In this document: positions 19,896-29,846 of the stretch, piece after piece | Position numbering within the stretch: the stretch's first letter is position 1 | How the letters are laid out: every line of letters starts with the position of its first letter | Source of the DNA: Candidatus Hermodarchaeota archaeon | GTDB taxonomy: Archaea > Asgardarchaeota > Lokiarchaeia > Sigyniarchaeales > SOKP01 | Direction of reading: 5' to 3' | Assembly (NCBI GenBank): GCA_048885525.1 | Contig: JBHLLP010000028.1 | Location: 1 to 46,565 of the forward strand | DNA length: 46,565 nt | Program-made: the position numbers and the translations under genes | The notes under the pieces: generated by a model | Databases searched by the model: none | What the model was told of the DNA's origin: nothing | Seen by the model: only the letters and a program-made list of their open reading frames with translations

Positions 19896-21245
19896 TTGAA
19901 TATTCTTGAAGTTAAAGTTAAAACAAAACTTAAAAATCACGCCAATGTTATACTAAATCAAATTCTAATTTTAGTGATAGAAATGTTAAATTCTATTAAG
20001 GATTTTTTATTTAGCTTAGAACCAGATATTATTATTCAAGCACCAGCGAGAATAAATTTAATAAATCCATTAGACGCAGTTGAAGCTGATTTTTGGATGC
20101 CATCTTTGGCGGTCAATGGGAAAATTAATCCTCTATCCGCATTTTTTTATATTAAAAGTGTTAACTATGAGAGTAGATTAAAAATTTATAAATTAAAAAT
20201 GCAATTGAAAGAATGCTATTTCGAAATAATTAGAAACGAAAAACTTGTAAAAACTAGAGATAAAATCAAAAAAAAGTTCAAGGGACCGGACAAATTAATT
20301 TATGCAAGTATATATAGATTCTTTAAAATGAGTTCTTATTTTGAAGAGATGTTTCTAAAGACTAATATTGAAATAGGAGTAATTTCAACAATTCCTTTAC
20401 AAAGTGGTTTGGGAGGAAGTGCTGCTGTCATAATTGCTGTCCTTTATGGGTTTGCGAATTATTTCAATATATTTAATAACTTAAAATATGTAAAGATAAA
20501 TGAATTTCCCATAAATAAAGATATAATAGCAGAAATGGCTACTAAGGTTGAGGATGAAGATTTAAGAATAACATCGGGTTATGGAGACCGATATGTAATA
20601 AGCAGAGGAGGATTAAGTTTTTGTTCTTATTATGGGAAACTTTTGCATAAAAAAATATCGGAAGAACCCTTAGCAATTTATGATAGAATCGATGAAGTAT
20701 ATAAAATAAATGATATTCCTATGATTGTTTGTTATTCAGGAATACTTCATGAAAGTGGGGATATTCATGGAAAATTAAGAAGAATCTATTTAAAAAACAA
20801 TCCAAATATTATGGAGAGTTATAAGGAATTAGCAAAAATATCATGGAAATCTAGATTTGCTATAATGTGCCAAAATTGGAAGTTGCTAGGTGAATATTTT
20901 AAAGAAAATACAAAAATTATGAATCATGTAATGAAAGAAGCCGGTTTTAAATATGGGATTGGGTTGGCAAATAACATTTTAATTGAAATCATTGAAGAAC
21001 ATCCTGATGTTTATGCTGCGAAATTGACTGGTGCCGGCGGTGGGGGTTCAGTATTTGCTTTAGTTAATCCAAATAAAATAGATACAACTTTAAATTACTG
21101 GAAGGAAAAATTAAATGAAATTATTATAAATAAAAGTAAATTTTCTTTAAAGTTTCCATCATATCCAAAGGAAATAACAAATCAATTAAAAAAAGCTCTA
21201 TTTTTCAGAATTAAGATTGATAAAAATGGAGTGAAAAAGTTATAA
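19896..21245 (+). CDS. GHMP kinase (sugar kinase-like); true start probably ATG at 19983
   Basis: APARINL, IPLQSGLGGSAA, AAKLTGAGGGGS. Confidence 0.88.
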   Translation: MNILEVKVKTKLKNHANVILNQILILVIEMLNSIKDFLFSLEPDIIIQAPARINLINPLDAVEADFWMPSLAVNGKINPLSAFFYIKSVNYESRLKIYKLKMQLKECYFEIIRNEKLVKTRDKIKKKFKGPDKLIYASIYRFFKMSSYFEEMFLKTNIEIGVISTIPLQSGLGGSAAVIIAVLYGFANYFNIFNNLKYVKINEFPINKDIIAEMATKVEDEDLRITSGYGDRYVISRGGLSFCSYYGKLLHKKISEEPLAIYDRIDEVYKINDIPMIVCYSGILHESGDIHGKLRRIYLKNNPNIMESYKELAKISWKSRFAIMCQNWKLLGEYFKENTKIMNHVMKEAGFKYGIGLANNILIEIIEEHPDVYAAKLTGAGGGGSVFALVNPNKIDTTLNYWKEKLNEIIINKSKFSLKFPSYPKEITNQLKKALFFRIKIDKNGVKKL

Positions 21246-21287
21246 TTCATTGATAACTATATTGGTAAAAACAAATGGGAATTTAAC

Positions 21288-21464
21288 TTGAGTAAATTCG
21301 AAAGATATATAAAAAAAACTGACATCTACATTTATCCTCATAAACATTGTAAAAAGTGTGGAGAAATGATATCTGAGGCTTTTTCCTATTGTTCTGAATG
21401 TTATACAACCTTAAAAGAAAAGAAAAAAAGAAAATTCTTCAAGAGGAAAAAGAAGGAGTTATAA
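21288..21464 (+). CDS. DUF2116-like Zn-ribbon small protein (58 aa, TTG start); not in ORF track
   Basis: MSKFERYIKKTDIYIYPHKHCKKCGEMISEAFSYCSECYTTLKEKKKRKFFKRKKKEL*. Confidence 0.75.
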   Translation: MSKFERYIKKTDIYIYPHKHCKKCGEMISEAFSYCSECYTTLKEKKKRKFFKRKKKEL

Positions 21465-21503
21465 TCAAAAAATCTATTTCTCCATCATACAAAATTCAAA
21501 AAG

Positions 21504-23210
21504 TTATATATTAAATCTCTCTAATAACCAAGTTTTATCTAATAATGATAAAAATGATCCTAATCGGGGACCACTTTTTTTACCTAAAACAATTTGATAG
21601 ATAGCTTCAAATAATTTTCTTGGAGGGATACCTAAATCAGTTTTTGCGATTGTAAAAATCTTATTTTGGATAGAATCAGGATCTAAAACTTCGGTTTGTT
21701 TTAAATATTCTCTTAATATATGAATAGCTTCAATTTGTCTTTTTTCCAGTTTCATGGTTATTTTTTCATCCATCTTGTCAGGAATTGTAAAAATCTCTAA
21801 TTTCCTTACAATTTCTTTTTTAATTTTTGGATCCTTTTCGAGTTCTAATATTTTTTTAACTTCTTTAATCCAATTGTTCGTTTGGAAAAGAAGCCTATCG
21901 AATTCTTTAATTGTTATTATCTCTCTGAAATTATGATTTTTCATATAAGTTTTTGCTTTTTCATAAAGTTTGTCTAGACTTAAAATATTTTGTATTTGGG
22001 TTAAAAATGTCATAAGTTTCAAAGGTAGGGCATTTGGCTTTATCTTAGAGACTTCATTTACTTGGGTTAGGGGAAAAATGTATCTGAAAAATCTATTTTC
22101 TTTGGGATCCTCTGTATTTTCTATAGAATAATATATCTCTTCCATTCTTTCATAATAATCATAATACTGGGATAATTCTTCAATCCTGAATGTGATATGT
22201 TTTATTGGATTAGTTCTTAAAATTATTGTTCTATAAATCCTTGGATCTGCAATATCTAGATATTTTTTTGGGGTAAAAACAAGTCCTTTAGAAGTTCCCA
22301 TATCTTGATCTCTTAAACGCAACCATTCATAAGGAACTTTAACAGGTCCTTCATAACCATACAATTTTTGGCATAGTTCAATTCCAGTATCATAAGCACC
22401 ACCTTTAACACTATGATCTTTACCTGCTGGTTCGCATGTAGTAGTATATAATGCCCATTTAGCAGGCCAATCCACACGCCAGTTTAGTTTTAACCTACCA
22501 CTCCAAATAGAAATTTTTTCAGTATACCCACAAGCCTCACACCTATACAAGACCATTTCTTCGTTTATATAATACTCTTTTACTCTATTTGGTTTTATAG
22601 ATCCTTTCTTATCTCGAAATTGGATTCTTTTACATTTTTCACATATAGCCATAACTGGCATCCAATCTTCTTGCATTTTTATAAAATCGTTTTTTTCCTC
22701 ATCTTTCAATGTTGGAAGTATATATTTTTTTAAGATTTCTTTAATTGTTTCTGAATTTTCTAAAGCAATTTTTATTTTTTCTTGCATTTTTTTTGTTCTA
22801 TACAACTCATGTGCCCATATAATTTTTATTTTGATTCCAAAATCAGGAAACACATCTATTAATTCATTACCAAAATGATGAGCATAACTCTCACAATTGC
22901 AACCTTCATAAGGGCACGGAATCATAGAAAAAGGTTTCCCAATATGTTGTTTTTGAAAACTTTTTTCTATATATGGAGGAAATTGTTTAGCAGCATCTAA
23001 ACTATCGAAAAACAATAGGTTATTAACGATTAGTCCATTATTTTCAAAAATTCTTCTTAAAGCATCACAAATTATTATTTCTCTTAATATTCCTAAATGG
23101 ATATGTCCTGATGGAGTCTTCCCTGTAGAGAGTGTCATTTCAGTGGGTTCCCGTGTGTAGATTTCTTCAACGATTTCTTCTAACCAATGGACTGGAAATT
23201 CTTCATTCAA
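21504..23210 (-). CDS. lysS: Class I lysyl-tRNA synthetase
   Basis: HW, TPSGHIHLG, KLNWRVDWP, EPAGKDH, MGTSKG, GPRLG. Confidence 0.97.
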   Translation of the reverse strand: MNEEFPVHWLEEIVEEIYTREPTEMTLSTGKTPSGHIHLGILREIIICDALRRIFENNGLIVNNLLFFDSLDAAKQFPPYIEKSFQKQHIGKPFSMIPCPYEGCNCESYAHHFGNELIDVFPDFGIKIKIIWAHELYRTKKMQEKIKIALENSETIKEILKKYILPTLKDEEKNDFIKMQEDWMPVMAICEKCKRIQFRDKKGSIKPNRVKEYYINEEMVLYRCEACGYTEKISIWSGRLKLNWRVDWPAKWALYTTTCEPAGKDHSVKGGAYDTGIELCQKLYGYEGPVKVPYEWLRLRDQDMGTSKGLVFTPKKYLDIADPRIYRTIILRTNPIKHITFRIEELSQYYDYYERMEEIYYSIENTEDPKENRFFRYIFPLTQVNEVSKIKPNALPLKLMTFLTQIQNILSLDKLYEKAKTYMKNHNFREIITIKEFDRLLFQTNNWIKEVKKILELEKDPKIKKEIVRKLEIFTIPDKMDEKITMKLEKRQIEAIHILREYLKQTEVLDPDSIQNKIFTIAKTDLGIPPRKLFEAIYQIVLGKKSGPRLGSFLSLLDKTWLLERFNI

Positions 23211-23349
23211 ATTTTGTTCACTAAAGAGGTTTTGCTTTAATGAGATAATATTTTGTATTACTAAAATTTTTCTTTTATGGATAATAGTATATTTAACGTT
23301 AGCAAATTATATTTTTCATTTTTACTTATAAATGAATGTGAGTTAAATT

Positions 23350-25182
23350 ATGAGGATTGCTGTTTTAAATAAGGATTTTTGTAAACCTGATAAATGTAGT
23401 CCTTTTGGGGAGAAACCTTGTATAAAATATTGTCCTAGAGTGAGGACTGGAGATAAAACGATAGTTTTAAGCCCTGATGAGAAGTTTGTTATAATTACTG
23501 AAAGTCTGTGCTCTGGAGAAGGTATTTGTATTAAAAAGTGTCCTTTTAATGCAATAAGCATCGTAAATTTGCCAGATCCATTAGAAAACCAAATTTCATA
23601 TCGATATGGACAAGATCAATTTTCATTATTTCGTTTGGCAATTCCTAAAAAAGGAAAAGTACTTGGACTTATTGGTCAAAACGGAATCGGTAAAAGTACA
23701 TTATTAAAATTATTATCGAATGATTTAAAAATAAATTTTGGTAGGTTTGGAGAAAAAGCCCCAGATTGGAAAGAAATAATTGAACATTATAAAGGCTCAG
23801 AATTACATCAATATTTTATTGATCTTAAAGAGAATAAAATGAAAATTGTCCACAAACCTCAAAATATAACTGTAATACCCAAATTTATATCAGGAAAAGT
23901 AGATGAGCTTCTAAAGAAAAATGACATGTTAGGGCAACTAGATCAAATTTCTGAAGAATTAAATCTAACAGAAATCTTAGAGAGAGAAATTTCAGTATTA
24001 TCAGGGGGTGAATTGCAAAGAGTAGCTATTGCTGCTGCTTATCTAAAAAATGCGGATATTTATTTATTTGATGAACCAAGTTCATATTTAGATGTTAGTG
24101 AAAGAATTAATATGGCTAAATTGATACGTTCTTTATCAGAAAAAAACAAAACCATAATTGTTGTTGAACATGACTTAGCTATCTTAGATTATTTAAGTGA
24201 TTATGTCTCTATTTTATATGGCCAGCCCGGTGTTTATGGAATAGTTTCCCATCCTCAGGGTGTAAGAGTTGGTATTAACATTTATTTAAATGGATACATA
24301 AAAGATGAAAACGTAAGATTTAGGGAAGAACCCATTATTTTTCATGAACGTCCACCACAAGAGTCATTATTTGATTTTGGAGATGTTGTTTTTTCTTATG
24401 AGGATATTAATACATCCTTGGGGAACTTTAATTTGACCGCTTTTGGGAGTGAGATTCGTGCAGGTGAGATTATTGGAATATTGGGACCAAATGGAATTGG
24501 CAAAACCACGTTTATAAATTTAATCGCAAAGAGAATAGAATCTAATTCTAAAAGCTTAAGTACTGATATTGAGGAGGATTCTGAAGAAACTGTTAAAAGA
24601 TTAAAAGTGGTAGTAAAACCACAATATATTAAATTTGAGGAAGAAGGTAGAGTCTCCGAACTAATTTCAGAAATTAAATTAAGTTCACATTTGAGCCAAT
24701 CTTATAAAAAGAGATTGATAAATAATTTAAATTTGGAAAATATAAGAGAAAGAAGTTTTTCCGAATTAAGTGGTGGTGAATTGCAGCGTGTAGCAATTGC
24801 AAAATGCTTATCAACTGAAGCTGATATCTATTTATTAGATGAACCTTCAGCATTTTTAGACGTCGAGATGAGGTTACAAGTAGCCCAATTACTTAGAAAG
24901 TCTATTGAAGAGCTAAAAAAGTCTGGTTTTGTTGTAGAACATGATATAATAACACAAGATTTTATTGCGGACTCAATACTAGTATTTGAAGGGATTCCTG
25001 GTTTAAATGGAAAGGCATTGCCTCCGCAAAATTTAAGAGATGGGTTTAATACTTTTTTAAAAATCATGGGAATAACTTTTAGGAGAGATAGCACTACGAA
25101 GAGACCACGAGTAAATAAAATAGGTAGTAATAAAGATATATATCAAAAACGTATTAACGAATTTTATTATATTCCAAAATAA
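23350..25182 (+). CDS. rli: Ribosome recycling ATPase ABCE1/RLI
   Basis: N-terminal Fe-S domain; two NBDs (GQNGIGKST, GPNGIGKTT, LSGGELQRVAIA); TFRRD...RPRVNK tail. Confidence 0.97.
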   Translation: MRIAVLNKDFCKPDKCSPFGEKPCIKYCPRVRTGDKTIVLSPDEKFVIITESLCSGEGICIKKCPFNAISIVNLPDPLENQISYRYGQDQFSLFRLAIPKKGKVLGLIGQNGIGKSTLLKLLSNDLKINFGRFGEKAPDWKEIIEHYKGSELHQYFIDLKENKMKIVHKPQNITVIPKFISGKVDELLKKNDMLGQLDQISEELNLTEILEREISVLSGGELQRVAIAAAYLKNADIYLFDEPSSYLDVSERINMAKLIRSLSEKNKTIIVVEHDLAILDYLSDYVSILYGQPGVYGIVSHPQGVRVGINIYLNGYIKDENVRFREEPIIFHERPPQESLFDFGDVVFSYEDINTSLGNFNLTAFGSEIRAGEIIGILGPNGIGKTTFINLIAKRIESNSKSLSTDIEEDSEETVKRLKVVVKPQYIKFEEEGRVSELISEIKLSSHLSQSYKKRLINNLNLENIRERSFSELSGGELQRVAIAKCLSTEADIYLLDEPSAFLDVEMRLQVAQLLRKSIEELKKSGFVVEHDIITQDFIADSILVFEGIPGLNGKALPPQNLRDGFNTFLKIMGITFRRDSTTKRPRVNKIGSNKDIYQKRINEFYYIPK

Positions 25183-25495
25183 GATATTTATTGTATTTAT
25201 TCTAAATTTATAATTTTAAAATACAATTTTATTTATACTCCTTAATTTCGATTGGAGATCCTATGTTATAACAGTTATAGAATAATATGTTAGTTTATTT
25301 ATTTTTTAATAATATTATTTAAATATTTTTTATTAATAATAAGCTGGGCCCTATTCTAAATTATTATAATATATCTTTATTTCCTATTCTAAAATAAATT
25401 TTGCAGTGGAAATTGAAGAGTGTATATTAAGAATTCTTAAATCAATTCTTTTCTTTGATACACTAAAGAATAAAATAGAAAGAAAAAGGAAATTT

Positions 25496-25750
25496 TTAAT
25501 CCTTAAATTTCCAAAAAACACGAGGACGCCCTCGTTTTCCATCATTGCGAGAAAATTTTTCAATAAGTTTTCTTTTTTGAAGCTTTACTAAATTATCATA
25601 TATCGTTGTTCTAGGTGTTTCAAGTTCTTTAACTAAATCTCTTCTTGTCAAAGGACCAATATCTTTTAAAGTTTTGATTAGGTTAAACTGGATAGGCGAT
25701 AAATAATCTTTTTGTTCAGGATAATTTTCTGTTAAGATTTTATTTGCCAT
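25496..25750 (-). CDS. TrmB-like winged-helix regulator
   Basis: 'GPLTRRDLVKELETPRTTIYDNLVKL...GRPRVFW'; GGAGG SD upstream. Confidence 0.85.
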   Translation of the reverse strand: MANKILTENYPEQKDYLSPIQFNLIKTLKDIGPLTRRDLVKELETPRTTIYDNLVKLQKRKLIEKFSRNDGKRGRPRVFWKFKD

Positions 25751-25963
25751 TATTTATTCCTCCACATTTTTAAATGCATAAAAAACGACAATTTTACGAC
25801 TTTTTAATTTTTAAAGTGTAAAAATTTATTCTTATGATATATTAAGTTCCAAATGATATATAAATGATGCTTATTTATGCATTATTATCATCAATAAGCA
25901 TAAAATATAAAAACGAAGATTTTCTTTTTTAGTCTTGAAAAAATATTTATTTCTTACAAAAAA

Positions 25964-26335
25964 ATGACTGAAACTACAAGAACAACAGTAACTTTGAATA
26001 AGAGTTATATGAAATTAATTGAAGAATTAGTAGATGTTTTTGGAGCAACAAAAGCGCAAGTAATCAATAATATTGTAGAATATTTTTTTAATGATAGCAA
26101 TAATGATCCTTTATTAAACAAACTAAGAGCCAGAAAAAGAAAGGATACTCCTCCCGATGAATATGATCTTGATAGCAGAATTAAAAAATATTTAAACAGG
26201 GCAGATAAAATACCATTCGAGGTATTTATTGATCATCTAAAACTAGATGCTGAATTTGTAATAAATCATTTAGATGAATGGGGTGAAAAATATAATTTTA
26301 TGGTTATTAACAATAAGATAATTAAAAATAATTAA
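25964..26335 (+). CDS. Ribbon-helix-helix (CopG-like) domain protein
   Basis: 'RTTVTLNKSYMKLIEELVDVFGATKAQVINNIV'. Confidence 0.7.
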   Translation: MTETTRTTVTLNKSYMKLIEELVDVFGATKAQVINNIVEYFFNDSNNDPLLNKLRARKRKDTPPDEYDLDSRIKKYLNRADKIPFEVFIDHLKLDAEFVINHLDEWGEKYNFMVINNKIIKNN

Positions 26336-26367
26336 CTCTAATTGTTATTTAATCGATCTTCTCCTGA

Positions 26368-26568
26368 TTAACCAAATAATTTGAAAAAATCATTCGATAA
26401 TCCCACAGTCCAGTCTAACATTGAAGTAACTACACCTATAATTATAAAGAAAATAAATAATGCGAAACCGATTAAGAGGGCATACTCTACAAGATTTCCT
26501 CCATATTCATCAGAGAAGAATTCTTTAGTTTTTGACCAAAATCTTTTAATAAAGCATTTTAAATTCAT
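26368..26568 (-). CDS. Flp/Fap-type major pilin
   Basis: Class III leader 'FFSDEYG|GNLVEYALLI' with Flp E+5/Y+6 motif and hydrophobic helix; 66 aa. Confidence 0.85.
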   Translation of the reverse strand: MNLKCFIKRFWSKTKEFFSDEYGGNLVEYALLIGFALFIFFIIIGVVTSMLDWTVGLSNDFFKLFG

Positions 26569-26640
26569 AATGAGTTTAACTCTAAACTTAATTTTATAAA
26601 CTAAACCAATTCTAGATAAAAGTAGATACAGAGAATATTT

Positions 26641-27069
26641 TCAAGATTTCAAAAGATCGTATACAAAATTAAGTTCCTTTTCACTAGCTTGAGTTCTGGG
26701 TATTTTAATTCGAAATTTTTCATCATTATAGCTTCTTGGAATTATATGAATATGAAAATGATTAATAACTTGACCCGCCGCAGGAAAATTATTTTGAAGT
26801 ATATTATATCCATCTATTTTTAAATTTTTATGAATCAGGATTGCTAAATTCTTCACTTCTTTATACAATTCGGTAAGCTCAAAATTTGATATATCCTCTA
26901 AATTGGAATAATGATTCTTTGGTATTACTACTGTATGTCCCTTAGAGATAGGAGATATATCCAAAAAAGCAAGAACTAAATCATTTTCAAATATAATTTT
27001 TGAAGGAATTTCTCTATTAGTTATTTTACAAAAGATACAATTTTTTTCTTTCATATCTTTCTGACTCAT
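26641..27069 (-). CDS. HIT family hydrolase
   Basis: CIFCKI, GHTVVIPK, AGQVINHFHIHIIPR. Confidence 0.95.
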   Translation of the reverse strand: MSQKDMKEKNCIFCKITNREIPSKIIFENDLVLAFLDISPISKGHTVVIPKNHYSNLEDISNFELTELYKEVKNLAILIHKNLKIDGYNILQNNFPAAGQVINHFHIHIIPRSYNDEKFRIKIPRTQASEKELNFVYDLLKS

Positions 27070-27194
27070 CTTGGTTTTAATTAATTTACGTTTTAATATA
27101 TTATTTTAATTTTAAAATTAAAAAACCTTTACTCAGTTTTATCATATTAAAAAATACAAATTTTTTTTATTAAGGCTATTGTAGAGTATTAAAA

Positions 27195-28010
27195 ATGCAA
27201 TTAAGAGAAATAACAGTGTTAATAACAAATAAATTATCACCAAAAATGTTTAGAATGGACTCAGAAATATATGGATTGCATTATGACAAAAGTAATTGTA
27301 ATAAATTAATAAAAAGAGTGATGTTAACAGTAGATTTAAGTTTAGAAGCGATACATTTTGCTTTAAAGCAAAAAGTTAATTTAATAATATCCAACCATAG
27401 TTTATTTAACAATCCAATTAGGAAATTTAAACAAAATTTAATAAATAAATTATCATTATTATCAAAATACCCAATTTCAATTTTTGTATTAAATTCCTCA
27501 TTTATCGCAGCAGAGGGAGGAGTTTCTGATACTCTTGTGAATGCGCTTTACTTAAAAATTGAAAATGTATTTGAGATAAAAAGCGTAAATGGAATAAAAA
27601 TCCCTATTGGAAGAATATGTTCACCAATACAATACTTAAATAAAAAACATTCTTTTACCCTAGAAAATTTAATACAACGGATAAAGATTAATTTAAATTT
27701 AAATAGTGTTCCGTTTGTGGGAGATCTAAAAAAGCAGATATATAAAATATGCATTGTTGGTGGTCACATTTCAGATGTAAATTCTATTAAGAAAGCTATG
27801 AATTTAGGATGTGATTGTTATATATCAGGAAAAATTGAATATTTTGATGCGGTTTTTGCGAGAGATATGGGACTCAGTTTAATAGAAACATCGCAGTATA
27901 AGACAGAAATAATAGCAGCAAAAAAATTATGTAATATTTTAAGTTTGGAATTCCCAGAAGTTGAATTTTTGTTATTTGAGTCCAAGAATCCAATTAATTA
28001 TTACTTGTAA
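27195..28010 (+). CDS. Nif3/YbgI family protein (metal ligands degenerate)
   Basis: 'IKRVMLTVDLS', 'IISNHSL', 'PIGRI', 'GCDCYISG', 'QYKTE'. Confidence 0.8.
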   Translation: MQLREITVLITNKLSPKMFRMDSEIYGLHYDKSNCNKLIKRVMLTVDLSLEAIHFALKQKVNLIISNHSLFNNPIRKFKQNLINKLSLLSKYPISIFVLNSSFIAAEGGVSDTLVNALYLKIENVFEIKSVNGIKIPIGRICSPIQYLNKKHSFTLENLIQRIKINLNLNSVPFVGDLKKQIYKICIVGGHISDVNSIKKAMNLGCDCYISGKIEYFDAVFARDMGLSLIETSQYKTEIIAAKKLCNILSLEFPEVEFLLFESKNPINYYL

Positions 28011-28106
28011 ATTGGTTAATAAAAGTTTATATTCTTTAAGATATAATTTGAATTTAGAAAGTAATATTTATATCAATATACTGTAAAAAAGTTAGGTGAG
28101 AAATAT

Positions 28107-28688
28107 ATGCCCATAATGGAATACAATGGTAAGAAACCTTATTTAAGTCCCAACAGTTATGTCTCACCAATGGCGACTCTAATTGGAGATATTCGTGTGA
28201 ACGATAATGCAATAGTTTGGCCGGGTTCGATTATTCGCGCAGAAAATTCTCCAATTAATATAGGTGAATATTCTACTATATTTGATGGTGTTATCTTGTT
28301 TACGCGCTCACAAAAGAGCTCAATCAATATTGGAAGATATTGTATTATTGAATCAGCAGTTACACTCTTAGGAGGTTTTCTGGAAGATTACGTTCAAATA
28401 AAAGAGGGGTCATTAATTTATGAAGAGGCATCGATTGGTGAAGGTGTAATCATTCTAAATCAAAGTCAAGTTCCACCAGGATTAATTATTCCTGCGCGAG
28501 CTGTAATGAGAGGAATTCCTGTCGAACCAGTAAGAGAACAAACACGTAATGACGTACTCAAACAGAAAGAAAAAGCCGAAAATTATTCTCAATTATTTAT
28601 TAAAATCAAAGATCAATTACCAAATGCTCAAGGTTATTTATTAACTTTGCCGGATTTTATAAAAATAATGTTAAAAAAAGAAGATTAA
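28107..28688 (+). CDS. Gamma-carbonic-anhydrase-like left-handed beta-helix protein (Zn His ligands absent)
   Basis: 'YNGKKP...YVSPMATLIGDI...VWPGSIIRAE...INIGEYSTI'. Confidence 0.85.
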   Translation: MPIMEYNGKKPYLSPNSYVSPMATLIGDIRVNDNAIVWPGSIIRAENSPINIGEYSTIFDGVILFTRSQKSSINIGRYCIIESAVTLLGGFLEDYVQIKEGSLIYEEASIGEGVIILNQSQVPPGLIIPARAVMRGIPVEPVREQTRNDVLKQKEKAENYSQLFIKIKDQLPNAQGYLLTLPDFIKIMLKKED

Positions 28689-28709
28689 AAAAAAATTTAA
28701 AATTTTTAA

Positions 28710-29597
28710 TTAAACCATAATATTAAGCATTTTTACAAGTTCTTTATAACGTGAACGAAGTGTTACTTCTGTTACTCCCACAAGATTTGCTATATCTTTC
28801 TGTGATATTTTTTTATCTTTCTTTTTACAAACAAGGTATAACGCACCTGCACATAAACCTTTAGGATCCTTACCACTTGTGGAAAATTTTGTGGTAAAAT
28901 TTTGCAAAATCTTAATAGTTGCATTTTCCGCATCTACATCTAAGTCCAATTCTGCAATAAATCTTGGAATAAGAGATATGGGATCTGTTGAGGGTGCTTT
29001 TAAATTTAATTCCCTAATCAATGTTCTATAACATCTTCTCACATTTTTTGCACTAATGGACGTTTCATCTAAAATCTCTTGTAATGTTCGCGGAATTTTT
29101 CTCTCTCTACAAGCAAAATATAAACATGCTGCTACCATCCCATTAATAGATCGCCCTCGAAGTAATTTCTTTTTAAATGCCTCAATATATAATCGTATTG
29201 CTGCTTTTTTAACATGATTTGGCAAGTTTAGATTGCTACCTATCCTTTTTAATTCGGTAGTAGCAATTAGCATATTCCTCTTATCCCAAGTCATACGAGA
29301 ATTCCATTTAGCTGCTCTTTTTAGATCAGGGCTTTTAATATTAGCCTTATCTATGATAGTACTGAGTCCCATATCTGGTAATAAAATTGAAATTGGAGAT
29401 CCTGTTCTTTCTCGACTCTCTTTTTCTTGTTTAGTAAATGCTCTTTTACCACTATGGGATATGTCAACTATTCGCTCATTTATAACTAAACCGCACTGTC
29501 CACATACGGTTTCTCCCTTTTCATGAAGTAAAATAATCTTGCCCCCACACTCGGGACATAAATTTAATAAATTACTTAAATCTGATTCAACTTCCAT
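28710..29597 (-). CDS. tfb: Transcription initiation factor B (canonical type)
   Basis: CPECGG...CGQCG, RERTGSP, GLSTII, LLRGRSI, SGKDPKGLCAGALY, GVTEVTLRSRYKEL. Confidence 0.96.
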   Translation of the reverse strand: MEVESDLSNLLNLCPECGGKIILLHEKGETVCGQCGLVINERIVDISHSGKRAFTKQEKESRERTGSPISILLPDMGLSTIIDKANIKSPDLKRAAKWNSRMTWDKRNMLIATTELKRIGSNLNLPNHVKKAAIRLYIEAFKKKLLRGRSINGMVAACLYFACRERKIPRTLQEILDETSISAKNVRRCYRTLIRELNLKAPSTDPISLIPRFIAELDLDVDAENATIKILQNFTTKFSTSGKDPKGLCAGALYLVCKKKDKKISQKDIANLVGVTEVTLRSRYKELVKMLNIMV

Positions 29598-29846
29598 AAT
29601 AACAACCCTATATAATTTTTATAATTACAAATATTCCTATTATATTCCTAATGATTTTTTCCAAGCAAATTTTAACCCGTGTAGCGAATAAAATATCCTT
29701 ATGAAACTAAATTAAATAAACGTGACTGAAAATCCAATATATTCTTTGATGCAAATAATATAAATATAAATATATTATATAAATGTTTCGCTCAAAACGT
29801 GATAATATATACATAATAAAACTTAGACTTTCAATAATTTCAGTTA

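Noticed and set aside
25198-25393. Repeated (CC)TATTCTAAA motif downstream of ABCE1
   Set aside because: Short, AT-rich and irregularly spaced between convergent genes; not a CRISPR array and not clearly functional.
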